From Dehalococcoidales bacterium (lineage in GTDB: Bacteria; Chloroflexota; Dehalococcoidia; Dehalococcoidales; RBG-16-60-22), in the NCBI GenBank assembly GCA_016930185.1, contig JAFGHK010000033.1, forward strand, positions 4,034 through 68,033: a DNA stretch of 64,000 nucleotides, read 5' to 3'. Shown in pieces: positions 19,350-29,191 of this stretch; position 1 is the stretch's first letter, and every line of letters starts with the position of its first letter. The notes beneath the pieces were generated by a model. That model saw only the letters and a list, made by a program, of their open reading frames with translations. It was not told the origin of the DNA and ran no database searches. The translations under genes and the position numbers were made by a program.

Positions 19350-20774
19350 ATGGCAAAACAGGTCCATAATCCAAACGTACTTGATACCGAACATATCGCC
19401 CGACTGCTGGTCAAGCTGACGACGCCGGCGTTTTTCGGAATGTTCGTTCATACGCTCTACAATGTAATTAATACCATTTTTATCGGTCATTACGTCGGGT
19501 CTTTGGGTATCGCCGGTCTTTCCATTGTCTTCCCGCTTCAAATGCTGACATTCGGCATCGGGATGATGGTGGGCATGGGCGGTTCGTCACTAATATCAAG
19601 GGCGATAGGCTCCGGCCGAACCGAGGAAGCCGAACGTACTGTCGGCAATGGAGTCAGCTTAAGCATTTTCGTCACCATCGTCTTTATGATCATCGTGCTG
19701 CCTTTCACCGAGTTTTGGCTGCGACTGATAGGCGCCTCGGATGCAGTGATGCCTTACGCCAGCACTTACCTGATTATAATTATCAGCGGCACCATTTTTA
19801 ATGTTCTGACGATGACTTTGTTGAACTTCGCCCGGGCGGAAGGTAATGCCAGGGTGGGCATGGTTGCCATGATAATCGGGGCGGTGCTTAATATTATCCT
19901 CGATGCCATATTTATCATAGTTCTGGAAATGGGTGTGACGGGTGCAGGCCTGGCAACGATTATAGCGCAATTCACATCGATGATTTATCTACTCAGCTAC
20001 TATTATTCCGGTAACAGCTACCTGAAAATACGCTGGAATAACCTTCGTCCGGATTTTTCAATATTAAAACAGATGCTGGCTATAGGCGTAGGCTCCTTTG
20101 TACAGACTATGGCAGGCAGTATATCGGCAATGCTGCTGATAAATATGGTGGTCAAATACGGCGGCGATATTGCGCTAGGCGCCTTCGGAATAGTACAGCG
20201 GGTGATGATGTTTTCCAACATGCCGGCAATGGTCCTCGGGCAGGGTATGCAGCCGATACTGGGCTACAATTATGGCGCTAAGCGTTATAATCTATCCATT
20301 AAGGCGGTAAAGATAACCATCATGGTAGCAACTTCATTGAGTCTGCTGGCTTTCGCCGTTCTCTATCTCATACCCGGTCCTATCGTTGGGATATTCACCG
20401 ACGACGCAGCACTGATTGATACGGGCGTTCATATTTCCAAACTTATCTTTTTATCTTTACCGTTTATGGGTCTGGTAATGGTGGGGCAGATGATTTTCCA
20501 GTCAATCGGCAAAGCACTACAGACCTTTATACTCGCCAGCGTCAGGCCAGTAGCGTTTTTAATCCCGCTGGTGTTTTTGTTATCACATTACTGGCAGCTA
20601 GACGGTGTTTTCCTGGCGTTTCCCATATCTGATATCCTGACCTTGCTACTGACTTTCATACTCGTGGTACCGATATACCGTCAGTTCCGCACCGCCATTA
20701 CAGAACAAAAAGCAGAATCTACTATAAAAAATCGATCAGCCAAGTCGGTAGAAAGCCACAGCACGATAAAATAG
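19350..20774 (+). CDS. MATE family efflux transporter
   Basis: 474 aa and about 12 TM helices. The N-terminus LLVKLTTPAFFGMFVHTLYNVINTIFIGH is typical of MATE proteins. It lies directly downstream of marR. Confidence 0.85.
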   Translation: MAKQVHNPNVLDTEHIARLLVKLTTPAFFGMFVHTLYNVINTIFIGHYVGSLGIAGLSIVFPLQMLTFGIGMMVGMGGSSLISRAIGSGRTEEAERTVGNGVSLSIFVTIVFMIIVLPFTEFWLRLIGASDAVMPYASTYLIIIISGTIFNVLTMTLLNFARAEGNARVGMVAMIIGAVLNIILDAIFIIVLEMGVTGAGLATIIAQFTSMIYLLSYYYSGNSYLKIRWNNLRPDFSILKQMLAIGVGSFVQTMAGSISAMLLINMVVKYGGDIALGAFGIVQRVMMFSNMPAMVLGQGMQPILGYNYGAKRYNLSIKAVKITIMVATSLSLLAFAVLYLIPGPIVGIFTDDAALIDTGVHISKLIFLSLPFMGLVMVGQMIFQSIGKALQTFILASVRPVAFLIPLVFLLSHYWQLDGVFLAFPISDILTLLLTFILVVPIYRQFRTAITEQKAESTIKNRSAKSVESHSTIK

Positions 20775-20819
20775 TGATTAGGATTAAGGATATTCCACCA
20801 CAAGTGAAATGATTCGTTG

Positions 20820-21041
20820 CTAACCAGTGACCCTTAGCGACACTATCGATAAGACAATGAAAATAACAACCAGGACGATGGTAAGCTGAAAGAGGGTCTT
20901 TTCCACGCCCCGCTTGGTGCGGTAAACGGTATCCGCCTGGCCGAAGATGCCACCAAGCCCGCCGCCCCTTACCTGTAACAGAGCCAGTAATATCAAAACA
21001 ACAGCAACGACTATCTGCGCAATATATAAATAAGTTTCCAT
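20820..21041 (-). CDS. secG: preprotein translocase subunit SecG
   Basis: 73 aa with two TM helices and the Gly-rich loop LLQVRGGGLGGIFG typical of SecG. Confidence 0.75.
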   Translation of the reverse strand: METYLYIAQIVVAVVLILLALLQVRGGGLGGIFGQADTVYRTKRGVEKTLFQLTIVLVVIFIVLSIVSLRVTG

Positions 21042-21066
21042 TTATAACTTCCCAACCAATTACCGG

Positions 21067-22518
21067 CTACCCTTCAGCCAGTTTCTTTTTCAGTACTTCA
21101 TTGACGAGTTGCGGATTAGCCTGCCCCTTACTTGCCCTCATCACCTGCCCGACCAGGAACTTGAGCGCCGTTTCCTTCCCGGCCTTGTAATCGGCCACAG
21201 GCTGCACATTTGATTTTATCACTTCCGCGACCATTTTCTCAAGCTCGCCCGTATCGCTTATCTGACTTAGGCCGCGTTTCTGGATGATTTCAGCGGCGCT
21301 CTGGCCAGAACTAAACATCTCTTCAAGGACCGACTTAGCGGTGGCAGTGTTTATCGTGCCGTGTGAGTTTGAGATGAGAGAAGACAGCATATCGGGGCTT
21401 ACTTTCTTGCGGAATTTTTCAATATCGATACCGCCGGCGTTGATGATGCGGCTTACTTCGCCCAGCAGCCAGTTGGCGACCTCTTTGGGGGAGGCTTCTT
21501 TACTTGCTTTAACGCCCTCTTCAAAATAATCGGCCATGGCCTTGGAGCCGGTCAGTAAATCGGCGTCGTATTTCGTCAGGCTGTATTCCGCCATGAATCT
21601 ATCGCGTCGGGCTTCCGGCATCTCGGGAAGTTTCTTTCTGACTGCTTCCACCCAGTCGCGACTAATCGTCACCGGCGGGAGGTCGGGCTCGGGGAAATAT
21701 CTGTAGTCGTGGGCATATTCCTTACTGCGCTGCGAGACGGTCTTGCCCCCGTCTTCCACCCATCCCCGTGTTTCCTGCACGAGTTTTTTCCCGTCATTGA
21801 CGGCTTTACGCTGTCGTTTCGCCTCGTACTCCATGGCAAGGAACACGGCTTTAAAGCTATTAAGATTCTTTACTTCCACCTTAGACCCAAGTTCTTTACT
21901 GCCAACAGGCCGTATGCTGATATTGGCATCGCACCGAAAGGCGCCCTCCTCCATGTTGCCGGTGGAAATGCCCAGGTATTGCAATATGCTGTGCAGCTTG
22001 ATGAGGTACTGGCGCGCTTCCTCCGCCGAGCGCAGATCCGGCTCGCTGACGATTTCCATCAGCGGTACGCCGGAGCGGTTGATATCCACCAGACTGCAGT
22101 CTTCTCCGCCGACGCTGCGGTGCAGAAGTTTGGCGACATCCTCCTCCAAGTGTATGTGGTTTATGCCGATGCGCCTTGTAGTATCATCAACTTCAATATT
22201 AATATATCCCTTTTTGCTGATGGGAGCGTAGGCCTGTGATATCTGGTAGCCTTTCACGAGGTCGGGATAAGGGTAGTTCTTGCGGTCGAACCTTGTGTAA
22301 TCGGCTACCGGGCAGTTTAAAGCGATGGCGGTCATTATAGTGTATTCCACGGCCTGTTTATTGATGACCGGCAGCACACCAGGCATACCCAGGCACACCG
22401 GGCAAACGTGGGTATTCGGCTCCGCGCTGGCGTAATCCGCACTACAGGAGCAGTACATCTTACTTTTGGTCAGTAGCTGGGCGTGGACTTCCAGCCCGAT
22501 AACAGTTTCGTATTCCAT
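21067..22518 (-). CDS. gatB: Asp-tRNA(Asn)/Glu-tRNA(Gln) amidotransferase subunit B
   Basis: I use the start MEYETVIGLEVHAQLLTKSKMYCSC (ATG 22516-22518), the canonical GatB N-terminus. The C-terminal GatB/YqeY domain reads ..ALKFLVGQVMRASKGQANPQLV. The 16 extra upstream codons in the track ORF are rejected. Confidence 0.9.
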   Translation of the reverse strand: MEYETVIGLEVHAQLLTKSKMYCSCSADYASAEPNTHVCPVCLGMPGVLPVINKQAVEYTIMTAIALNCPVADYTRFDRKNYPYPDLVKGYQISQAYAPISKKGYINIEVDDTTRRIGINHIHLEEDVAKLLHRSVGGEDCSLVDINRSGVPLMEIVSEPDLRSAEEARQYLIKLHSILQYLGISTGNMEEGAFRCDANISIRPVGSKELGSKVEVKNLNSFKAVFLAMEYEAKRQRKAVNDGKKLVQETRGWVEDGGKTVSQRSKEYAHDYRYFPEPDLPPVTISRDWVEAVRKKLPEMPEARRDRFMAEYSLTKYDADLLTGSKAMADYFEEGVKASKEASPKEVANWLLGEVSRIINAGGIDIEKFRKKVSPDMLSSLISNSHGTINTATAKSVLEEMFSSGQSAAEIIQKRGLSQISDTGELEKMVAEVIKSNVQPVADYKAGKETALKFLVGQVMRASKGQANPQLVNEVLKKKLAEG

Positions 22519-22613
22519 AGCTAAAAAAGACATATAAAGTATAGCAACAATGTGTGAGGGTAGCAAGGAATATGGAGAGGGGTAAAAAGTATGTTATAAT
22601 TTTTCTGTAGCAC

Positions 22614-22689
22614 GGGGCCGTAGTTCAATTGGGAGAACGCCTGCTTTGCACGCAGGAGGTAGGGGGTTCGAATCCCCCCGGCTCCACCA
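22614..22689 (+). tRNA. tRNA-Ala (anticodon UGC), with encoded CCA
   Basis: GGGGCCGTAGTTCAATTGGGAGAACGCCTGCTTTGCACGCAGGAGGTAGGGGGTTCGAATCCCCCCGGCTCCACCA. It folds as a cloverleaf with anticodon stem CCTGC/GCAGG, loop TTTGCAC, the G3:U70 alanine identity pair and T-loop GGTTCGAATCC. Confidence 0.95.
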
Positions 22690-22728
22690 GATTATCCACA
22701 GGAATAAATATCCACCGGAGGTAAAGAA

Positions 22729-23544
22729 ATGGCTGACAAGGGGATATTCGACCTTTCCGGCAAGGTAGCCTTGATTACCGGCGCCAGCCGGGGCCTGGGA
22801 CGTGCTTTCGCCGAGGCGATGGCAGAATTCGGCGCTGACGTAGCCTGTGTAGGCCGCGATACCACCAAGCTTGACGAAACCTTAAAGATAATCGGGAAAC
22901 ACGGCCACCGAAACATCGCTATCAAAGCGGACGTCACGCAGGAAGAGGAAGTCAAGCGCATGGTCGATGAGACGGTCCGCCAGCTTGGGAAAATAGAAAT
23001 CTTTTTCAATAACGCCGGTATCGCCAGACCGCCGCGAAAGATTCATGAGACCCCCACCGAGGAATGGGATGTCATCATCAATACCAATTTGCGCGGCGCG
23101 TTCCTCGCTTTGAAACACGTTCTCGCGGAAATGGTCAAGCATAAAAAAGGCTCCATTATCAACATTTCATCGATTGCCGGCCTCCGTGCCGAGGTACCGG
23201 AGGTAGGCCCCGCCGCTTACGGCGCCTCCAAGGCAGGTCTTATTCTCCTCACCCAAATTGCCGCCATGGAATATGCCAGGGACGGCATCCGCGTTAACAG
23301 TATCGCTCCGGGGATGCATAAGTCAGAGCTGGGGCAGAACAATCCCGGCCCCAAGCCCGACCCAGCGATGATGAAGACGATGGAAAAGATGATGGCGAAG
23401 TATTTCGACGAGGAAATCCCCATGGGGCGCATGGCGGAGGCGAGCGAGCTTAAAGGACTGGCAGTACTTCTGGCTTCGGATGCCTCCAGCTATATCACCG
23501 GCCAGGTTTTCGTCGAGGACGGCGGACAGTCCGCCCGGTTATAA
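22729..23544 (+). CDS. SDR-family oxidoreductase
   Basis: 271 aa with GKVALITGASRGLGRAFA, NNAG and YGASKAG motifs. Confidence 0.85.
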   Translation: MADKGIFDLSGKVALITGASRGLGRAFAEAMAEFGADVACVGRDTTKLDETLKIIGKHGHRNIAIKADVTQEEEVKRMVDETVRQLGKIEIFFNNAGIARPPRKIHETPTEEWDVIINTNLRGAFLALKHVLAEMVKHKKGSIINISSIAGLRAEVPEVGPAAYGASKAGLILLTQIAAMEYARDGIRVNSIAPGMHKSELGQNNPGPKPDPAMMKTMEKMMAKYFDEEIPMGRMAEASELKGLAVLLASDASSYITGQVFVEDGGQSARL

Positions 23545-23725
23545 TTTTGAACTTGAACTCCTAACGGTTTTGAATGTCGTCTTCCTTTCTCCACTCCCGG
23601 TCCGCGCTTATTCCTGCTTCCCATATGTCAGAAAACAAATAACGCTAAAATCCACCCGGCACACGTAACCTTTTTACACTAGTTACGTTTAAATATATGA
23701 AAACGGTTAATCAGAAAGGGAGATT

Positions 23726-25024
23726 ATGAAGAAATCGAGCTTCTTCTTAGCTTTTATTACTGTAACGATACTTCTGGTAACATCATGCAGCGCGCCTGCC
23801 GGTGAGACCACACCTGCACATACATCGCCCCCGCCGACTACTCCCGGAGACGATATCTCAATACTGGTTGACGGCAATACCGAATTTACGTTCGACCTTT
23901 ACCGCGAATTGAAGGATTCGGAAGGTAATTTCTTTTTCTCTCCCTACAGTATCTCCACCGCTCTGGCGATGACCTATGCTGGCGCCCGTGGTGAAACGGA
24001 GCAGCAGATGGCGGACACCCTGTACTTTACACTTCCTCAAGAACGACTGCATGCCGCTTTCAGCGCACTGGAGAACTCGATAAAAGAACGGGGGAGAGCA
24101 ATTACGACCGTTCTCTCACCGGAGGGGGAGACTATTCAGGAAGAGGTGGACGGCTTCCGCCTGAACATCGCCAATGCCCTCTGGGGACAAAAAGACTACA
24201 GCTTTTTACAGGATTTTCTGGACTTGCTGCAGGCATATTACGGCAGCGGACTTAGCGCGCTCGACTTCATCAATGAGCCCGAAGAGTCACGCCTGGCTAT
24301 CAACCAATGGGCCAGCGAGCAAACCGAAGGCCGCATTGAAGATATCATTCCACCCGGAGTTATCGATGCTTTTACGAGGCTTGTCCTGGCGAATGCTATC
24401 TACTTCAACGCCCACTGGCAGCACCAGTTTTCTGAAAGCGCCACCCACGACGGTGTTTTCCACCTGCTTGATGGCGACAATGTTAACGTACCGATGATGC
24501 ACCAGGAAGAACAATTTGATTATGCCGAAGGTGACAACTATCAGGCTATAAGACTACCCTACCTCGGCAATGAATTCGCTATGACCGTACTTTTGCCAGT
24601 AGAAGGGCAATTTGAAGATTTTGATAATTCACTTGATGCTCAAATATTGAACGACATCACCAGTAAATTCGAATCACAACGGGTTGCTTTGACGCTGCCC
24701 CGGTTCCAATTCGAGTCCAGCTTCCAGTTAAACCAGGCTTTATCAGATATGGGTATGCCGAACGCTTTTTCAGGCGGAGCCGATTTCTCCGGCATGACCG
24801 GCAATACGGACCTCTTCATCGGGTCGGTACTGCATAAGTCATTTGTGGCTGTTGATGAGGAGGGTACGGAAGCAGCGGCAGTCACTGCAGTAATCATGGT
24901 GTTATCCGCACCACCTCCCGCCACCTTTAACTTTACGGCTGACCGGCCATTCATCTTTCTGATTCAGGATATAGAAACAGAGTCGATTTTATTCATGGGA
25001 CGTGTCCTGAACCCAGCCGCCTGA
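23726..25024 (+). CDS. serpin-family protease inhibitor, predicted lipoprotein
   Basis: 432 aa. The lipobox is LLVTSC. The serpin core motif is FFFSPYSISTALAMTYAGARGETEQQM. Hinge and reactive-centre loop read EEGTEAAAVTAVIMVLSAPPPATFNFTADRPFIFLI. Confidence 0.85.
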   Translation: MKKSSFFLAFITVTILLVTSCSAPAGETTPAHTSPPPTTPGDDISILVDGNTEFTFDLYRELKDSEGNFFFSPYSISTALAMTYAGARGETEQQMADTLYFTLPQERLHAAFSALENSIKERGRAITTVLSPEGETIQEEVDGFRLNIANALWGQKDYSFLQDFLDLLQAYYGSGLSALDFINEPEESRLAINQWASEQTEGRIEDIIPPGVIDAFTRLVLANAIYFNAHWQHQFSESATHDGVFHLLDGDNVNVPMMHQEEQFDYAEGDNYQAIRLPYLGNEFAMTVLLPVEGQFEDFDNSLDAQILNDITSKFESQRVALTLPRFQFESSFQLNQALSDMGMPNAFSGGADFSGMTGNTDLFIGSVLHKSFVAVDEEGTEAAAVTAVIMVLSAPPPATFNFTADRPFIFLIQDIETESILFMGRVLNPAA

Positions 25025-25166
25025 GTCGGAAAAAACCAATAGAAATCGCGTTTCCCTGATGTTGCATGGCCACATTAAGACCCGCTAACACCCCTTATCC
25101 ACCCTTATTATACGGATAGAGCCCCCACGTTATCGTCCTTAGTTTCCTTCAAGTTGCATCCCGTAC

Positions 25167-26636
25167 GTGATAGGTTTAAAATGTGAACCGATAATGAGAG
25201 ACAAAGCCGGGGGCAAAAGCCCGCTTTTTATTAATAAACTTGGCAGGTGGCTGAATCTATTCTCTCCCGAACCGTCGCCGCGCAAACTGCTGTTTTTCCT
25301 GGCCATACTGCTTCAGCTTGTTGCCCTGGCGGTCTCCGGCACCGGCTACGCTACCGGCGATGCTGTTTACTGGGTGTCGGGAATAGTTCTCTGGCTGCTC
25401 TGGTTCTTTATCATGTTCCTTATCGTTACACCCCGTACGGATATTCTTCTGCAGCGCTCGCGGTCGTGGTTGAGGCCCTTATCCAAAACTTTTTTTTACT
25501 TTCTGTTGATTGTGGGCGTTGCCGAAGGAGCGCTTTTAGGCGTCTTCGTGCCCGGTTATTTAAGCAGCGGCGCGGATAACGATTTCGCGCAGGCGCTTAA
25601 AGAACTGGAATACGGATTCCAGTATAACGACGGTGCGGCGCTAATCCATCAGGCGGCAGATAACCTCCTCGACGGCAAGAACCCTTACGGCAACGGTAAT
25701 ATCATCGAAGCTTTTCTTGAGTTCGATGGCTCTTACGAACGCACGACACCGCTGCAGGTGGGCAGGTTTGCCGATGTGTTCCCCTATCCTACGAAGGAGC
25801 AGTTCAAGCAAATATGGGAATCTGCCGTACAAAATCCCTCGCCACCTCCCCCGGAAATGGTGTCCGACGTCTGCTACCCAGCCGGTTCTTTCCTCCTTGT
25901 AACCCCGTTCATCGCGGCCGGCATCAAGGACATCAGGTTTATCTATCTTATCTTTGTCATCGGTGGCTTGCTTTACACGACGTGGCAGATACCCGGGAGA
26001 AGACGCCTGCTTTTCATTGGTGTCGCTCTCATCAGCCTTGAGCTATGGAACGGGATTGCCATCGGTGAGACAGGCAGCCTGATCTTTCCTTTCCTGCTAA
26101 TCGCCTGGGTTGCCCTAGGTGAGAAGAACTGGCTTTCGGCTATATTCATGGGGCTGGCGGTAGCCACCAAGCAGACGGCCTGGTTCTTCCTGCCTTTTTA
26201 CCTGATACTGCTGTGGCGGACAACACAGCCCAAGACCGTCGCTGCCACGATAGGAATTATTGCCGCGGTATTCGTTGCTTTTAATGCCTACTTCATCGTC
26301 AGCGACCCTTCACTGTGGCTGCAGTCAATCGCCTCGCCAATGACGGAGCCCATGTTCCCGCTGGGTGTAGGATTCATCTCCCTGGCAACAAGCGGGTTAA
26401 TCAACATCCAGACATCACTGCCCTTCACGATAATGGAATTGGTGGTTTTGATAGTAGGGGCTATCTGGTATTTCCGCAACTGCAGGCGCTACCCGGAGGC
26501 GGGGCTTCTGCTATCGGTCTTGCCGCTCTTTTTCGCCTGGCGCAGCCTCTGGACTTACTTTTTCTACGTGACGATTATCATTCTGGCCAGAATCCTTATC
26601 AAAGAGCCAGACAATTATTACGAATCGCTGGAATAA
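25167..26636 (+). CDS. polytopic membrane protein, possibly a GT-C-fold glycosyltransferase (DUF2029-like)
   Basis: 489 aa (start uncertain) with at least 10 predicted TM helices. One large loop contains ..HQAADNLLDGKNPYG.., which is reminiscent of GT-C first-loop motifs. The function is not established. Confidence 0.4.
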   Translation: MIGLKCEPIMRDKAGGKSPLFINKLGRWLNLFSPEPSPRKLLFFLAILLQLVALAVSGTGYATGDAVYWVSGIVLWLLWFFIMFLIVTPRTDILLQRSRSWLRPLSKTFFYFLLIVGVAEGALLGVFVPGYLSSGADNDFAQALKELEYGFQYNDGAALIHQAADNLLDGKNPYGNGNIIEAFLEFDGSYERTTPLQVGRFADVFPYPTKEQFKQIWESAVQNPSPPPPEMVSDVCYPAGSFLLVTPFIAAGIKDIRFIYLIFVIGGLLYTTWQIPGRRRLLFIGVALISLELWNGIAIGETGSLIFPFLLIAWVALGEKNWLSAIFMGLAVATKQTAWFFLPFYLILLWRTTQPKTVAATIGIIAAVFVAFNAYFIVSDPSLWLQSIASPMTEPMFPLGVGFISLATSGLINIQTSLPFTIMELVVLIVGAIWYFRNCRRYPEAGLLLSVLPLFFAWRSLWTYFFYVTIIILARILIKEPDNYYESLE

Positions 26637-26666
26637 AGCGTAATATACACTGGCAGGAAAACTTGA

Positions 26667-27752
26667 TTATTTAACCGGTACTGTAACCATAAGAGCGGTG
26701 CCCTTGCCCGGTCCCGTATCTATTTCCAGCAACCCTTTTAAAAGCCACACTCTCTCTCTTATCCCCATCAATCCGAGCATGCCGCTGCGGGGGAGGCTAT
26801 CCATACTCTTGGGTAAATTAAAGCCTCTACCGTTATCAATTACATTAAGTTGAATCCCATCTCCGTGAAATTCGGCCGATACGCGGACTTCAGAGGCTTG
26901 GGCGTGCTTTTTTACGTTATTAAGCGCCTCCTGGACGATACGGAAGAGAGATAATTCTAGTTCACCATCGAGACGTTTTTGTTCACCCGTGGCGGTAAAT
27001 TCGGTAATTATGCCGTCCGTTTCCTCAAGACTGTTTGTCAGCGACCGTAAAGCAGGCACCAGGCCGAGGTCGTCCAGCAGGGAGGGCCGCAGGTTCTTAA
27101 TGAAGCGCTGCACTGATTTCAATCCGTCATTAAGGTGAAGCTGCACATCATTCAAATCTTCTATAATAGCCGATTCGAGACTCTGGTTCTGACGCAGCGT
27201 GTTATCCAGCTTCCGTGAAAGCGAGCCCATTATCTGCGCTATATCGTCGTGGAGTTCACGTGCGATAAATTTCCGTTCTTCCTCGTGAGCCCGTGTGGTT
27301 TGCTGTAAAAAGTAGCGCAGGTCGTTTTCCAGCTCCTTGCGCTCGGTGATATCCAGAAGCGTCTCTATTGCGCCTATCATCTCTCCATTATCATCTATAA
27401 GCGGACTTGCGGTGAAATGCAGCCATTTACCGGTGTTGTTAAGCTCCGGGAAATAGTCCTCGGCTTCATACGCCCCCTCGATTAGCGGAGATGTGCGGTA
27501 TTTGTCCTGATAGTGCTTCTCAATCTCTTCGGGAGAAGACCGGCTGACAATCAAATCGGCCATGGTGGGCCTTTTATAGCCGTAAAATACCTCGGAGCAG
27601 CCCTCTTTACCGACCATTTGCTCCCTTCTTATACCGCAAAGGTTCTCCATGGCGGTATTCCAGTGAGTAACTACATGGTCCTGATTGAGAACAAAAGAGG
27701 CTACGGCTGAACCATCGATTATTTTTGCTAGTAACTTTGAACTTAACGGCAT
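26667..27752 (-). CDS. PAS-domain sensor histidine kinase (HisKA_3 / NarL-partner type), soluble
   Basis: 361 aa. An N-terminal PAS-like region is followed by the H-box ARELHDDIAQIMGSL and a HATPase_c domain (NVKKHA..DNGRGF..GLMGIRERV). Confidence 0.85.
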   Translation of the reverse strand: MPLSSKLLAKIIDGSAVASFVLNQDHVVTHWNTAMENLCGIRREQMVGKEGCSEVFYGYKRPTMADLIVSRSSPEEIEKHYQDKYRTSPLIEGAYEAEDYFPELNNTGKWLHFTASPLIDDNGEMIGAIETLLDITERKELENDLRYFLQQTTRAHEEERKFIARELHDDIAQIMGSLSRKLDNTLRQNQSLESAIIEDLNDVQLHLNDGLKSVQRFIKNLRPSLLDDLGLVPALRSLTNSLEETDGIITEFTATGEQKRLDGELELSLFRIVQEALNNVKKHAQASEVRVSAEFHGDGIQLNVIDNGRGFNLPKSMDSLPRSGMLGLMGIRERVWLLKGLLEIDTGPGKGTALMVTVPVK

Positions 27753-27787
27753 ATTCTTTTAGTAATAAAAAGATCCAAATATCCCAG

Positions 27788-28453
27788 CTAGACCAGTTCT
27801 TCCAGTGTAAACCAGCCCATCCTAAGGCCCTGTAATACCGCCTCTGTGCGCGACCCTACCCCGAGTTTATTGAAAATATCCCTCAAGTGACCTTCAACGG
27901 TGCGGTAACTCAAGTGCAGGTTTTCCGCGATATCTTTATTCGTCAGGCCCTTTGCAGCCAGCCTGATAATGCTTAACTCCCTTTCGCTCAATTTGGCGGC
28001 ATCATCTGCTGTTGGTATCTTGTTCTCACCTAAGCGAAAATAATTAACTACCTTCTTAGCCACCACAGGATTAAGCACGGGTTCGCCTTTGTGGACGGCT
28101 TTGATGGCTCTTACCAGTTCGCTGCCGCTGACATTCTTAAGTAAATATCCATTGGCGCCGGCCTTTAATAATGCAAAAACATACTCATCGTCATCATACG
28201 CGCTAAGTATCAGGATATTCGTTTTGGGGCTGATTATCTTGATTTGACGCGTTGCATCTATGCCGTTTAACTTGGGCATAGCTATATCCATCAGAATAAC
28301 ATCCGGTTTGATTTCATTGACCAGCTGTATTACTTCTTCACCATTGCTGGCTTCACCAACAACTTCCAGCCCCTTTTCATCCTCAAGCAGGCGGCGGATA
28401 CCCTGGCGGGTAATCAAGTGGTCTTCACAGAGAACAACCCGAATATCAGTCAT
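27788..28453 (-). CDS. NarL/LuxR-family response regulator
   Basis: 221 aa. The receiver domain has VILMDIAMPKLNG. The C-terminal LuxR HTH reads LSERELSIIRLAAKGLTNKDIAENLHLSYRTVEGHL. Confidence 0.9.
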   Translation of the reverse strand: MTDIRVVLCEDHLITRQGIRRLLEDEKGLEVVGEASNGEEVIQLVNEIKPDVILMDIAMPKLNGIDATRQIKIISPKTNILILSAYDDDEYVFALLKAGANGYLLKNVSGSELVRAIKAVHKGEPVLNPVVAKKVVNYFRLGENKIPTADDAAKLSERELSIIRLAAKGLTNKDIAENLHLSYRTVEGHLRDIFNKLGVGSRTEAVLQGLRMGWFTLEELV

Positions 28454-28675
28454 ATATCTTAATTATCAGCTACAAATTCCAATGGTACATCGTACCATAG
28501 GTCTATATCTTTGCGCATTACACCTGTTTTAACAGGTGTATTTACGCTTATTATCTGCGGAATAAACTGGACAATACAGGTGCTTTACGTACCATAGATA
28601 GGTGTATTAACAGTGGGCAGGAAATCCTGTAAGACTTAGGCTTAAATAAGGGAGACTGAAAAGGGAGGTACCATA

Positions 28676-29173
28676 GTGGATAATACACTTGATTTAGCTG
28701 CAATCCAGACAGCTTTAGAGAAAAGCTCTGCAAAGGTCGAAGCCCTTATCAATAGCTATGTTGATAAAAAAGAGCAGCTGATATCTTTATTGCAGGATAT
28801 CCAGGCAGAGTTCGATTACCTCCCACAGGAAACCCTGGTGAAAATCAGCCGGACACTGGATATACCCTTGAGCCAGGTTTTCAGCGTAGCCACATTTTTC
28901 CAGTCGTTCAGCTTAAAACCAAGGGGCCGCCACACGATTACCGTTTGCCTGGGCACTGCCTGTCATGTCAAGGGCGGGCAAAGACTCGTCGATAAAATCT
29001 CTAGGGATTATAAAATAGGCCCCGGTGAAACAACCCAGGACGAGAGATTCACGCTGGAAACAGCCAACTGCTTGGGCTGCTGTGCTCTCGGGCCGGTGGT
29101 AGTCGTTGACGGCAAATACGAGGGCCACATGACACCAGATAAGCTGGACAAAATTCTTAAGAAATACGAATAA
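28676..29173 (+). CDS. NuoE/HoxE/HydC-like [2Fe-2S] thioredoxin-fold subunit
   Basis: GTG start preceded by GGGAGG. The 165-aa protein has the motifs CLGTACHVKG and CLGCCALGPVVVVDG. Confidence 0.85.
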   Translation: MDNTLDLAAIQTALEKSSAKVEALINSYVDKKEQLISLLQDIQAEFDYLPQETLVKISRTLDIPLSQVFSVATFFQSFSLKPRGRHTITVCLGTACHVKGGQRLVDKISRDYKIGPGETTQDERFTLETANCLGCCALGPVVVVDGKYEGHMTPDKLDKILKKYE

Positions 29174-29191
29174 ACGGCAGAAAGGCAAAAA

